A stretch of DNA of 63,950 nucleotides, the filler included, from Reclinomonas americana ATCC 50394 (lineage: Eukaryota): NCBI GenBank assembly GCA_048213135.1. It is 6 parts of 4 records of this genome, joined end to end, with 100 filler letters (N's around TTAATTAATTAA, not from the genome) between each part and the next. Parts side by side here need not be neighbours in the genome. Positions count along the whole stretch, not along the records: positions 1 to 15,242 come from PS015227.1; 5 more parts are not named here. One strand, given 5' to 3'. Both the position numbers and the translations under genes were made by a program. Below are positions 1-11,961 of the stretch, in pieces (the first letter of the stretch is position 1; every line of letters starts with the position of its first letter). The notes beneath the pieces are model-generated. The model did no database searches, was not told where the DNA came from, and was given only the letters and a program-made list of their open reading frames with translations.

Positions 1-1152
1 AGCTGAGCAGGCAAAGAATACGCAATCGTTGCAGTTGATGTGTGCCATGCTGCGACCGCTTATGCACCCGCTGTAATTGAAGGCATGAGCGACTTAGACA
101 CAAGTGGGCTTACGACAAAACAGACTTCAACAACTTACCCATCGGAAGCCGTAACATTCTGGAAGGTGACGTGGTCCAGCGTGGCCACCGCCGCATCGTC
201 GGCAGAGAGTGCCCCACCACGACACAAGGTCCCGGCGCACGTCGTATTTGTAAAGGTCACATTGATCATTCTGAGCCGAGCGGCCTGTTGCAAGTGGATG
301 GCAAGGCCGAGTGCCCGAGCGCGACTGGAAATAATGTACGAGTTTTCCATTGTCTGCCAAAGCGACCGCCAGAGAGTGAGATGCAACGAGACACAGTAAA
401 AGATCACAAAGAGGGTGCGCACAATCAACGAGTATCCGTCGCCGACAAAGGCGCCTCCAGTGAGCGGCGACTGTTGACCGTAGCCTGACTGGATAATCAC
501 AGTGCCTGTGTTTGAATGTCAGCCTCCAACATCAGACTATTCATGCTGCACCGGTGCGATGTCAACAAACTATTGATGTAAACATGACCGCTCTCAGCAT
601 ACAGAGTGCCGCCGGCAAGACCTGCAAACAAGATTATATATTAGGGACAAGCCGTCCTGATGCACATCGCGCTGACACTTGTTAGAACCTGCACTGTTTG
701 CCTGGTAGATGCCAGTTCGTGACTCCACACTAGAGTCTCCTGATACAGAGATAGCGCCTCCGAAACCCGACGCATAGTTCATGGTGAAGTTGGCGCCGAT
801 GATACCGAGAACGCCCGACTCGAGGTACACCGCGCCACTGTGTGAATGGCAGCTGTGTGAGGAGACATGACAAGCAGTTTGCAGCAAGCAGGGCGGCTAC
901 TGACCCAATGCCTCCGCCGAATGATTGCACTGCATATGAAATGAATTACTCAGTGAGCAAAAAAGAGCACAATAGCGGCACTCTGGACGAGACACTTGCA
1001 GAAGGGAATGGAATCGGCAGAAAGAGAAAAGTGAGGGTAAGAAAACGGAGACTGCCCGCCAAAAAACCGAGTTACTGGTTGCCGTTACTTGTGGTTCTCT
1101 CCAACATCTCTCACGATCCAACTATATGTCCACGCGCTTGTGCTGGTGTGCT

Positions 1153-1201
<49 letters not shown>

Positions 1202-4200
1202 ACACTGAGTTTGAAATTCCTCAGGCCGAGAAGAATGGGAAGCAATCACCCTCATACTCTGTCTCTCCCTCACGCTCTCTCACTCTCGCTTACTGTACTC
1301 TCTCTATCTCTCTCTCTCTCTCTCCTCCTTGTTTTCTATTCTGCTTCTCTTCGCTGTAACCGCCGTTGCCTGTTCGCCACACGCAACGTTGATCTGCTGT
1401 GGCTGCGACGTTCCCTGAAAATGACGCCGATACAAAGTAAGCTTGCGAGAGTCCAATGCTCATCGCGCCACCTGCTCCGGCTGAAATGCAATTGCTGCGA
1501 GAGAATACCCGCATTGGTTGAAGAAAACACGAGCACCGTGGAGCACGCCACGAACCTGAAAGTGCTGTAGAGAAGTGACAGCTGGCATCGACAATAGAAT
1601 CCACCTGCATGCAGTATTATTCATGAGTACACACAGGGTCGCCACTGTCACGCACACCAAGGCCCTGCTGCTGAATGCATACCGCCTGCACTAGATGCTG
1701 TATTATTGTTAAAGGTGGTTGTCCCCACTTGCACCAGAACATTCGATGGGATGTACATGGCCCCGCCCAATATGGCTGCCCACGGCTTGTCAGTGTCCAT
1801 GAACAGACAGGGCATACAGCACAAAGCTCACCAGAGTTTTCGATAAATCTAGAAAAGGTAACGGTAACCTGCGTGCCGACAAATGCCGCGGCTCCACCGT
1901 TGCCTTCCAGTGCCGTATCTGTGTCGTTCAAACACAATACCAGTGAGACAATAACACACAAAGAGCTCTCCCTCCCTCCCTCCCTATCCCCCTCCCCCCT
2001 CCCCTCCTCTCTCTCTCTCTCTCTCTAAGTACACAGCACGCAACTTCCAGCAAACACGGAATTCATGATGATGCACTCGAGATCTGCCACTGGGGTGAAC
2101 GAGCTCGGATACACTGCGGAGCGGCGCGCTAACGTTAGTTGAGACTTCCAAGCACAGCGCAGCATACGCGCTCCGGACCTTGCATCAGCAGTCCACCGCC
2201 ACCAACTGTTAGGGATGCATCAGACCCAGCAGGATATGCCGGCGACGCCACGGTGTTGGCAGAAAAGGTGGACGATTGAACCGTCAGCACCGCACTTGGC
2301 TGCTGGGTGGTTGGCATCACCAAGTAAACCGCACCTGTGGAGATATGCACAAATTAACAGGAGTGTGCAACAAATTGACTATTGCAGTGAAGCGAAAATA
2401 TCGTACCACCGCCAATGGAGGACCGTGTACCGGCAGCCGTGTTCGCGAAGGAGCCCTGGACTCCGATGTTATTGCTCGCCAGAACTGACTGCGTCAATTG
2501 CATCTCACACGTTGTTTTTGTCAGACTTTCTGCTAGCATGTAGATAGCACCTGCAAATAGCACGAGTAAGAACAGCATGTGTGAGAGATGGCAAAGACAA
2601 AGGCCGCACAAACCGCCACCCAGGAAGTTTTGCACGGATTGAGGTAAATCGGTGAGGAACAGATTCAGCGAGAACGTCGAATTCGCAGAGAGCATCAACG
2701 CGCCGCTTGGACTCGTGTCCGACCTACGGGTGCATGAAACGGATGAGCCGACAAAGTTGCATACAACTGGGCTCTGCAACGCACCTCGAGTACACAAATA
2801 CTGCACCACCACCAGCAAACGTAGTCGTGCCGGTGACTGACCCGGAGTTGACGATTGAGTTGAGAACAAATGGCGATGAGGTGATCTGAACTGCCGATGC
2901 GGCTGGGGACAAGAACCCCTCGGCAAACACATGCATTGCACCGCCACCGCAGTACGAGTTGTTTTCGACAGTGGCATTCACAATATTGTTGTTGAAATAA
3001 ACTGAGCTGTGGGCGTGGAAGACGAAACGAATGGCAAAGGATGAACACAAAGCACACTGAGAGAAGAAAGTCCTCTCACGCCACCCACAACACACAAAAA
3101 GCTCACGTTAGATTCTGGAACAGGGAATTTGCAATAGTCGCTCCAATGCCCGTGCCTCCGGAACACGAGTATGCTGTTGGTAGACAGTACGACTTCAACG
3201 ACAAACTCAAAGAGGCGCACGCTACCGACGCAACATTTGGAGAAAAGGAGGAGGCCAGCACCGCCCAGCTGGAGCGTGCCTTCCGGCGAGTCGCTGCCAA
3301 TCACAGAGTTGTTTGTTGCTCCCATGGCTGCGAAGAGAAGGGTGAGTAAAAATCAGGAGTGCTTAACAGTGCACCAACGCTCGAAGCGCAACAATTGTTA
3401 ATCAAGATTGTGTCGTTGACTTGAATGGACATTGCCCCTTCGGCGCCGATAGCGGCTTGTGAGAAGATGTATATCTGCCGTCATGCACTTGTAAGAAGCA
3501 GCCAAACTCTCTTCTCTTTCACACGTAGCACCACAGAGCTGCGACCCCACACACCGTGCCACCAACTAGCAGTCGAGAACTGGAGGCCGACGAGGAGTCG
3601 ACTCGAAGCATATTGTTGGAAAACATGGAATTGTTTTGCAGCGTCACAGTAAGGGACGAAGAGCCGTACACGCTATTGGCCGAAATCACCATTGCCGCAC
3701 CACCGGAGAACACACCTGCGTGACGGTGAGCTCTTCAGCGTGTGGCTGCTGGCCGCACTCACAGCTCCCATACCTGTCTGGCCCACCGACGATATAAGTG
3801 AGCACTGCTGCCCGGTGAACGTCGAGTTGGAGACGGTGACCTGAGAGGAGACCGATGGTGACTGAGATCCCGCAGAGTACAGCATTACGCCGCCTCCACC
3901 GATGTCCAGCGACGCATTCATGGAGATGGCGCCAATCACAAACACGCCATTGTCCACGAACTGCGAGTCGTACAAGTCGAATGTCAGCGAGTTCGAGCCG
4001 CTCCGCGAGTCGAGGAAAACTGAGACGGCACCGCCTCCCGCGGTGCAACCGGAAAGCGCCGACATTGCTTGAGACGATATCACGTCGTTGCTGAGGAATA
4101 GGCACGAACGGAAGGCGAGCGCCAAGTTGGAAACGCCGACAGTTCCCGTAGCACGGCGGGCAAAGGCGTAGATGGCGCCTCCGCCGCCAGAGTTGGAGCT

Positions 4201-7050
4201 GCCGCCGTTGCCGATCATGTTGGTCTCTGGGAGGTAGGGAAAGGGGAACGGAAAGGGGTATGGGTCAAGGGGAAAAGGTNNNNNNNNNNNNNNNNNNNNN
4301 NNNNNNNNNNNNNNNNNNNNNNNNNNNNNNNNNNNNNNNNNNNNNNNNNNNNNNNNNNNNNNNNNNNNNNNNNNNNNNNNNNNNNNNNNNNNNNNNNNNN
4401 NNNNNNNNNNNNNNNNNNNNNNNNNNNNNNNNNNNNNNNNNNNNNNNNNNNNNNNNNNNNNNNNNNNNNNNNNNNNNNNNNNNNNNNNNNNNNNNNNNNN
4501 NNNNNNNNNNNNNNNNNNNNNNNNNNNNNNNNNNNNNNNNNNNNNNNNNNNNNNNNNNNNNNNNNNNNNNNNNNNNNNNNNNNNNNNNNNNNNNNNNNNN
4601 NNNNNNNNNNNNNNNNNNNNNNNNNNNNNNNNNNNNNNNNNNNNNNNNNNNNNNNNNNNNNNNNNNNNNNNNNNNNNNNNNNNNNNNCGGGGAAGCGATG
4701 GGGGGGAGTAAAGAAGGGAACAAAGGGAGAAGACGAAAGGAGGGAAGGGGGGAAGGGGGGAAGGGGGGAAGAGGGAAGGGGGGAAGTGGGGAAGGCGGAA
4801 GAGGGAAGGGGGAAGCGAATGAAAGCGAAGGCCGAAGAGGGGGGGGAAAGAGAGAAGAGGGGAAGACGGAAGGGGAGGGGAACGGAAGAGGAGAAAAGGG
4901 GGAAAGACGACACATGGCATGACGCATGATAGAATAAACTGGGAACAGACATACAAATCACCACCCTCACCAGTGTACGAATTCAGCAAAAACGACGACG
5001 ACTGGAACGCGCCAACGATCGACGGCACTGCATTGTTCCACGTGGTGGACATGAGGTATACACACGGGCCGCCATTCACTGCGAACACATACGAGCACCG
5101 TGAGCACCGCAGTTGCATGGCGACAACCAACAGAATTTACCCACCGTTTGCAATCGTGTCGGAAATGATTCCAGACACTGCAACGGTGTTGTTGGCAAAC
5201 GTGGAGCCCGTAAAGGTGGCCGTGGTGAGGGAAACCGCAGCTGTCGAGTTGGAGAGTGACTCTGCCATGCGCGAATAATGTCACCACGACTTGGGCAGTG
5301 AAAAAACAGTGAATCCTCTCGCGGCAAACGCACCACTCCACAGATACACACTGCCACCGCAGAATGTGCCGCGCACCGATGCGGTGCCGGGCTGGTATCC
5401 TTGCGCATTGTTGGTGTACGTCTGCCGACAAACAGAGTGAGATGCACATTCAACTAGGTTCCCTCGAAGCAACGGCGCATCGCAACTCCTCCATTGTCGA
5501 TGAAATTAATGGCTGCCGACTCCTGCAGCGAGGCCGCGTACACCATGATACCCGTGCCACCATTGGTCATCAACACCGGGCTTATCTGACTGTAACGCAA
5601 GAGGCCAGGATTGAGGGACTTGCGTGAAGAAGCCTCCAGTCATAGACAAGTGCATACCTCGTCATGGTTGCAATCGTGTTGCTGGCAAACGTACTATTGT
5701 TCACCATGACTGTGGTGCCCACTGAAGCCGTCGCCGACGATGTGTACACGAGGAGGCCACAACCGCCTAAGCCAATTCTCAGTGAGTGTGCCGATGCTAA
5801 TCATGATGGTTAGCGGCGAAGTGCGTGGCTCACCGAGCACATTGTGCTGCACATCGAGCCACCCGGAAGATGACACCAAGATTGTGCTGGTGATGACCGT
5901 CGTTTGCGTCCACGTGACATTGACAGGGGCGCCGAGGCAGTCTGCACAAGCCACGAACATGGCGGCGCCTGGAGGGAAGAGAGGGAGGGAAGAGAGGGGG
6001 GAAGGAGGGGGGAAGAGAGGGGGGAAGAGGGAGAAGGAAAGAGTGGAGAAGAGGAGAGAGGGAAGAGGAGAGTGAGGAAGGAGGTGAACAGCGGCCTTCC
6101 TCAACACGATACAACCAGCTCAGTTCTCACATCTCTCTCGACGTGTTCGCAAGCAACATCGCTCTCTCCTGCTCTCTCTCTCTCTCTCCACCGCCCCACT
6201 CACCGCCAATGGCGCTGAATTGCGATGTGTCGCTGCTGAGCACAGACGACAGTGATATTCCATTCCCGCCAAACAGGCAGTTCGTAACAGACACAATGAT
6301 GCCGCTCGCAGCATCTGCAGAGTCATCCCTCGCAAGACATGAGCTCTCTCTCCCCAAGCCGGAGCTCTCAATGCGGAACGCAACTGCCGTGCACAAACAC
6401 GCCGGCACCGCCAATGAGCTGCGGTGACAACAGCGTCAACCCGCTCCCGATAATGGTATTCGAGTTGAATGTGGTTTGCGACAGGCGCAGCATGTTGGTG
6501 CCAATGTAGGCACCGGCACCGGCAGCGTATGGGAATGGATTGACGGCAAGTGGGATGCTGGGGGACGGTGAGATTGAATTGACAAGGAAAAGCGAGTCGG
6601 AGATGGTGACTGCGCCGGCCCAGGCGACCCACAGGCCATTGTTGGAATTTTGCGAAAAAGTGCAGTTGACAATGGAGACGCTGGCCAGCTGGTTGACGTA
6701 CACGGCACCGCCGCCCGCATAGGAGAATGCCATGTTGTGAAACGTGGCGGTGTTCGTCAAGGCCGATGGCGGGGCGGCGGCGACGGTGGAGGTGATGTTG
6801 ACCAGGCGCGCGGTGGAGACGGCGTTGCCAATGAGCTGCAGGTAGGCCAGCGTGATGTTGGCGTTGATGGCTTGCAGCTGTGTGCTCGAGGACAGCCAGG
6901 TGGTGGGGTTGGCGGAGGTGGAGGCGGAGCCTTGAAAGGTCCATGTACCGCCTGGGGTGGGGAGAAGGAGGAGAAGGGGGAGGGGGGTGAAAGGGGGGAA
7001 GGAGGAAAGGGGGGAGAATGGAGGAAAGCAGTCTCTCACCCTTCCTCACG

Positions 7051-7089
<39 letters not shown>

Positions 7090-7743
7090 GTCATTATCTG
7101 TACCCACTTCTTCAAACGTCACTCACTCTCACCCCTAGTGTCACACTTCTCTCCAATTCCCCACTCGCGCTCACCTTGCACCACCACCGTGGCCGTCGCA
7201 TTATACACAGGACCCAAGAGCGTAATCGTGCCGCCGGCTCCTGCTGAACTGGTGGTGCATGCCGCGACTGCGTCCGGCAACGACAGGCACGGAACTTGCG
7301 CCGTCGACATGAGGCAGTCGTTGGTCGATGGAAATGCCAGCTGGCTGACAAACACTGCACAAGAGGGAAGGGAGTGAATGAATGGGAAGGAGCGAGTGGG
7401 AGAGAGACTGAAGGGTAGGAGAGTAAGGGCGACGGGAAGACAACTGCATGGAGGCGGTGGGGTGCAAAGAGAACGAGCGTGGACAAGGAGAAAGAGAGAG
7501 AGAGAGGAATGAACAGCAGGGGGAGGCAGGGGAGAGAGAACAAGAAGAAGAAGAAAAGAGAAGAAGAAGGAGGAGGAGGAGGAGGAGGAGGAGGAGAAGA
7601 AGAAGAAGAAGAAGAAGAAGGAGAAGAGGAAGAAAAAGCAGAAGAAGAAGAAGAAGAAGAAGAAGAAGAACAAGAACAAGAACGAAGAAGAACAAGAACA
7701 AGGAGAAGAACGAAGAAGAAGAAGAAGAACAAGAAGAAGAAGA

Positions 7744-7836
<93 letters not shown>

Positions 7837-8505
7837 AGAAGAAGAAGAAGAAGAAGAAGAAGAAGAAGAAGAAGAAGAAGAGGTGGAGGAGAATGCAGAA
7901 ATAGGCAGACTCAGAAGAGTGACGCAAAGTCATTGCGCGAAGAATGCATTGCTTGCCGAACTCACGCTCTCACTCCCCAACTCACTGACGGAAGAGTGTC
8001 ACAGGAGAGTGAGTGGGTGAGTGGAAGGAGACAAGGAGAAGAGAGGAATGAGCGTGAGAGAGGGAGAGAGAGGGACAATGAGAAGAGAGGAATTGAGAGA
8101 ATGAGTGAGAAGACAGAGAGAGAGAGAGAGAGAGAGAGTGAGTGAGTGTAAGAGAGAATGGAAGGGAGAAGGAGAAGAGAGGGAAGGAGTGATTGCAGTC
8201 AGTCAAGAGTGATTGCAGTGATTTTTGTGTGCGATGTGCGTGACGTGTGTGTGTGTGTGTGTGTTTGTGTGCGTTTGTGTGTGTGTGTGTGTGTGAGAGA
8301 GAGACAAGAGAGTAAGCGTGTGTGTGTGAGAGAGAGACAAGAGAGTAAGCGTGTGTGTGTGTGTGTGTGTGTGTGTTTGTGAGAGAGAATGAGTGAATCT
8401 GTGAGTTGGACTTGCAGACTCTCACTGCAAACCTCACCCTCTTTACTCTCTCACTGCACTCTCTCACACTCACTGATTCCTCCCTTGCCTACTCTCTCTC
8501 TCTCT

Positions 8506-8544
<39 letters not shown>

Positions 8545-8635
8545 TACAAGGCACTGACGTGACTGCGACCGCCATCACCACCAACGCAGCAACAAGCTGC
8601 ACAAGTGGTGAGGATAACCTCAGCGGACCAACCAT
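1..8635 (-). CDS. Large secreted/surface GGA-motif repeat protein (right-handed beta-helix, Pmp/pectin-lyase-like); about 20 introns; 3' end runs off the window
   Basis: Exon 1 (8635-8542) encodes a signal-peptide-like MVGPLRLSSPLVQLVAALVVMAVAVTSVPCN and ends at a GTGAGA donor. Later exons join in frame through GT-AG introns and repeat GGA(I/V/M)x and FxxN motifs (GGGAVYV, GGGGAIYAF, GGAMHVF, GGAISV, FANN, FQNVT). Confidence 0.8.
7355..8541. repeat. Microsatellite-filled first intron: (GAA)n, (GGA)n, (GA)n, (GT)n
   Basis: Simple repeats directly visible between the inferred donor (8541) and acceptor (7355). Confidence 0.9.
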
Positions 8636-8657
8636 ATCACAATGAAGAAAGCACAAT

Positions 8658-9228
8658 GAAAACACGAGGAGAAATGGACAATCAAGCTCCACTTTTACAT
8701 GCCATTTATATGCCATTCTCGTGCCTTACTCATCGAGAAAATGAAAAAAAATGATGCATACTCAGTCTTGTGCGCGCTTGTAACACACGTATATATACTC
8801 TACGAAACATATCGCCTCTCCCATAGGACGAAAACACGAGGAGAAATGGACACGGAAATTCCGTGAACAATCTCTCGGATATTCCTGCCTTTTACATGCC
8901 ATTTACATGCCATTCTCGTGCCTTGCTCATCGAGAAAATGAAAAGATGATGTATGCTCAGTCTTGTACGCACTTGTGACACATGCATAACACCTTGCCCA
9001 CCATGCCAGCTCACGCATAAGACGAAAACACGACGAAAACACGAGGAAAATGGACATTGATTAAAGCTCAACTTTACATGCCATTATTTACATGTACATG
9101 CCATTCTCGTGCCTTACAGTCATCGAGAATATGAAAAGATGATGCACACTCACTCTTGTACGCACTTGTGACACATGTATAACACTCTGTCAACTGTACC
9201 ACGGCTCTCACACGACGAAAACACGATG
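8658..9228. repeat. Three-plus copies of a ~170-205 bp tandem repeat in the divergent intergenic region
   Basis: AAAACACGAGGA(G)AAATGGACA recurs near 8659, 8831 and 9036 (partial near 9218), each followed by TTTACATGCCATT...GCCATTCTCGTGCCTT...CATCGAGAA...TCTTGT.CGC.CTTGT.ACAC. Confidence 0.9.
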
Positions 9229-9456
9229 ATGACACAAGGAAGAGGGACAAAACAAACACGTCATGATAATTATAATCTGCAGCAGTCTGTCTCTGAACCC
9301 TCTTGCGTGCACTCACTCTTGTATCTTTTCACTCGCTGTGGCTCTTGTGTCGCGTTCTCAGCACGCTCACTCTCTATAGTGCTTCCTCACTTCTCTCACG
9401 CATACTTTCCCTGCGTTTCTCTCTCTCTCCCCCCTATCTCCCTCTCTTTGCCCGTC

Positions 9457-10533
9457 ATGTCACTCGCCACCTCCACTCTCCACTGCAAGACAATGCGCGG
9501 ACACACCGAAGGAGTGTGGTCGGTCGCCATTACTCCCGACGGTCGCCATGCGGTGAGTGCAAGTGACGACCACACAGTGCGCGTGTGGTCACTGGCAAGT
9601 GGCGAGGAGGTGCGACGACTGGAGGGACACACTGACATGGTGACACGCGTTGCTGTCACTCCCGATGGCCATCATATCGTGAGTGCCAGCTGGGACAGCA
9701 CTGTGCGAGTGTGGTCACTGGCGAGTGGGGAGGAGGTGCGGCAGATGCAGGGGCACACTGTATGGGTGCAATTGCGGTCCGTTGCTATCACTCCCGATGG
9801 TGTGCATGTGGTAAGTGGGATTGAAGACGACACAGTGTGTGTGTGGTCCCTGGCAAGTGGCGAGGTGGTGCGACGGATGGTGGGACCTGACAGATCGGTA
9901 ATGTCTGTCGTTATCACTCCCGACGGTCAGCACGTTGTGCTTGCAGGCCAGGACTGCACTGTGAGAGTGTGGTCACTGGCGCGTGGAGAAGAAGTGCGGC
10001 GATTGGACAGACACACTGACTGGGTGCGGTCTGTCGCTGTCACTCCCGATGGCCAGCATGTGGTTGGTGGGGGCTATGACGGAACGATGCGAGTGTGGTC
10101 GCTGGAAAGTGGGCAAGGGGTGCGACGATTTGTTGGGCACACAGATTGCGTGCTCTCTGTCGCCGTCACTCTTGACGGCCTGTTCGTTGTGAGTGGCAGC
10201 CTTGATCACACTGTGCGTGTGTGGTCGCTGGTCAGTGGCGAAGAAGTGCGCCGACTGGAGGGCCCCACAGGTGCTGTACGGTCTGTTGCCGTGAGTCCCG
10301 ATGGTCAACACATTGTGTGTGGCGTATATGCAGTTGGTGCGTTCGTGCAAGTGTGGTCCACATCGCTCGGTCTCGCCGGGTGGGAAGTGGAGGCCGCTCG
10401 CTCGGCCATGCTAGCCGTGCAGGAGATGCAGGAGGAGGAGGAGGAGGAGGTTGATCCCCGTTGCTTGCCAGAGATTGTGCTGCGGTGCTTCATCGTTGAA
10501 GATGCAGAGGCAACTCAGTTCCGTTGCTCGTGA
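9457..10533 (+). CDS. WD40 7-repeat protein with conserved C-terminal module, array copy 1 (intronless, 358 aa)
   Basis: Starts MSLATSTLHCKTMRGH; seven ~42-aa GH...VAVTPDG...D.TVRVWSL repeats; tail WEVEAARSAMLAVQEMQEEEEEEVDPRCLPEIVLRCFIVEDAEATQFRCS*. Confidence 0.92.
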   Translation: MSLATSTLHCKTMRGHTEGVWSVAITPDGRHAVSASDDHTVRVWSLASGEEVRRLEGHTDMVTRVAVTPDGHHIVSASWDSTVRVWSLASGEEVRQMQGHTVWVQLRSVAITPDGVHVVSGIEDDTVCVWSLASGEVVRRMVGPDRSVMSVVITPDGQHVVLAGQDCTVRVWSLARGEEVRRLDRHTDWVRSVAVTPDGQHVVGGGYDGTMRVWSLESGQGVRRFVGHTDCVLSVAVTLDGLFVVSGSLDHTVRVWSLVSGEEVRRLEGPTGAVRSVAVSPDGQHIVCGVYAVGAFVQVWSTSLGLAGWEVEAARSAMLAVQEMQEEEEEEVDPRCLPEIVLRCFIVEDAEATQFRCS

Positions 10534-10682
10534 TCCCGAGGTCGACCGTCTTTTGACACTTCCCTTTCCTTCTGCACATGCAATGAAAAGCTTCTTGATG
10601 TCTCAGAAGTCCCGATATCAATGGTCACGCATGTCCTCCTCGTCACACGCTCTTTCCCTCTATTTCCCTTGCACGCCAACCA

Positions 10683-11775
10683 ATGTCACTCGCCACCTCC
10701 ACTCTCCACTGCAAGACAATGCGCGGACACACCGAAGGAGTGTGGTCGGTGGCCATCATTCCCGACGGTCGGCATGCGGTGAGTGCAAGTGAAGACCACA
10801 CCGTGCGCGTGTGGTCACTGACAAGTGGCGAGCAAGTGCGACAACTGGAGGGACACACTGATACTGTAATGTCCGTTGCCGTCACTCCCGACGGCCTGCA
10901 TGTGGTGAGTGGGAGTGCCGACAAGACCGTACGTGTGTGGTCACTGGTGAGTGGCGAGGAAGTGCGACTGTTGGAGGGACACACGGACTGGGTGTGGTCT
11001 GTTGCCGTGTGTCCGGATGGTCTGCATGTGGTGAGTGGCAGCGTGGACATGACAGTGCGTGTGTGGTCACTGGAGAGTGGAGAAGAAGTGCGACTGTTGG
11101 AGGGACACACGTGGACGGTGATGTCTGTTGCGGTCACTCCCGACTGCCAGCACATCGTGAGCGGGAGTATGGACAACACTGTGCGAGTGTGGTCACTGGC
11201 GAGTGGCGAGGCGGTGTGACGGACGGAGGGCCACACCACCCAGGGTTTGTGTTTAGCCGTCACTCCCAACTGTCAGCATGTGGTGACTGGGAGTGGAGAC
11301 CACACCGTGCGACTGTGGTCGCTGGCGAGTGGAGAGGAGGTGCGACAATTTGTTGGGCACTTCAACGAGGTGTGGTCCGTCACCGTCACGCCCGATGGAC
11401 AGCACATCGTGAGTGGGAGTTCAGAACACACAGTACGGCTGTGGTCCCTGGCCAGCGGCGAGGAGGTGCGACAGCTGGAGAAGCACACTCGTGGGGTGAT
11501 GTGTGTTGCCGTGAGTCCCGACGGGCAACACGTCGTCAGTGGGAGTCTGGACGAGACGGTACGCGTGTGGTCTACGCCGCTCGGTCTCGCCCGATGGGAA
11601 GTGGAGGCCGCACGCACCGCCATGCTAGCCGTGCAGGAGATGCAGGAGGAGGAGGAGGAGGAGGAGGAGGAGGAGGGAGGGGGGAGAGGAGGTAGATCGC
11701 CGCTGCCTGGTGGAGATTGTGCTGCGGTGCTTCATCGTCGAGGATGCAGAGGCAATTCAGTTCCGGTGCTGGTGA
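10683..11775 (+). pseudogene. WD40 array copy 2, disrupted
   Basis: Same start and seven repeats. In-frame TGA at 11217-11219 where paralogues have CGA/CGG (Arg), and a +1 frameshift in the G-rich Glu linker near 11675-11690; the conserved tail is in another frame ending at TGA 11773-11775. Confidence 0.75.
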
Positions 11776-11961
11776 TTCCGAAGTCAGCCGGCCTTCTTTT
11801 GATGCTGTTGTTCTTCCCTGTTCTTTTTGTGTCCGTGTACAGTGAGAAAGGCCACACACTTTCGTCTCAGTGTCATATTCTTGGGTGGCAGCAGAGTGAA
11901 CGACGGACTTCATGTCCCCCAATACCTCCACTCTTCCCTTTCCCTTTCGTTCGCGCCAACC

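Noticed and set aside
7112-8473. Long ORFs of poly-F/E/R/ER/HT/CV (also near 19750, 30500, 32400, 41200, 42000, 49250)
   Set aside because: Translations of microsatellites and N gaps, mostly inside introns.
8658-9228. CRISPR- or TIGR-like array
   Set aside because: Only three long degenerate units, the variable parts are partly homologous, and no associated nuclease gene is on the same scaffold; kept only as a structured repeat.
11217-11219. In-frame TGA as evidence for recoding, selenocysteine or an alternative genetic code
   Set aside because: It aligns with Arg (CGA) in paralogues, and TGA is used as a normal stop in MCCC1, PREP and other WD40 copies.
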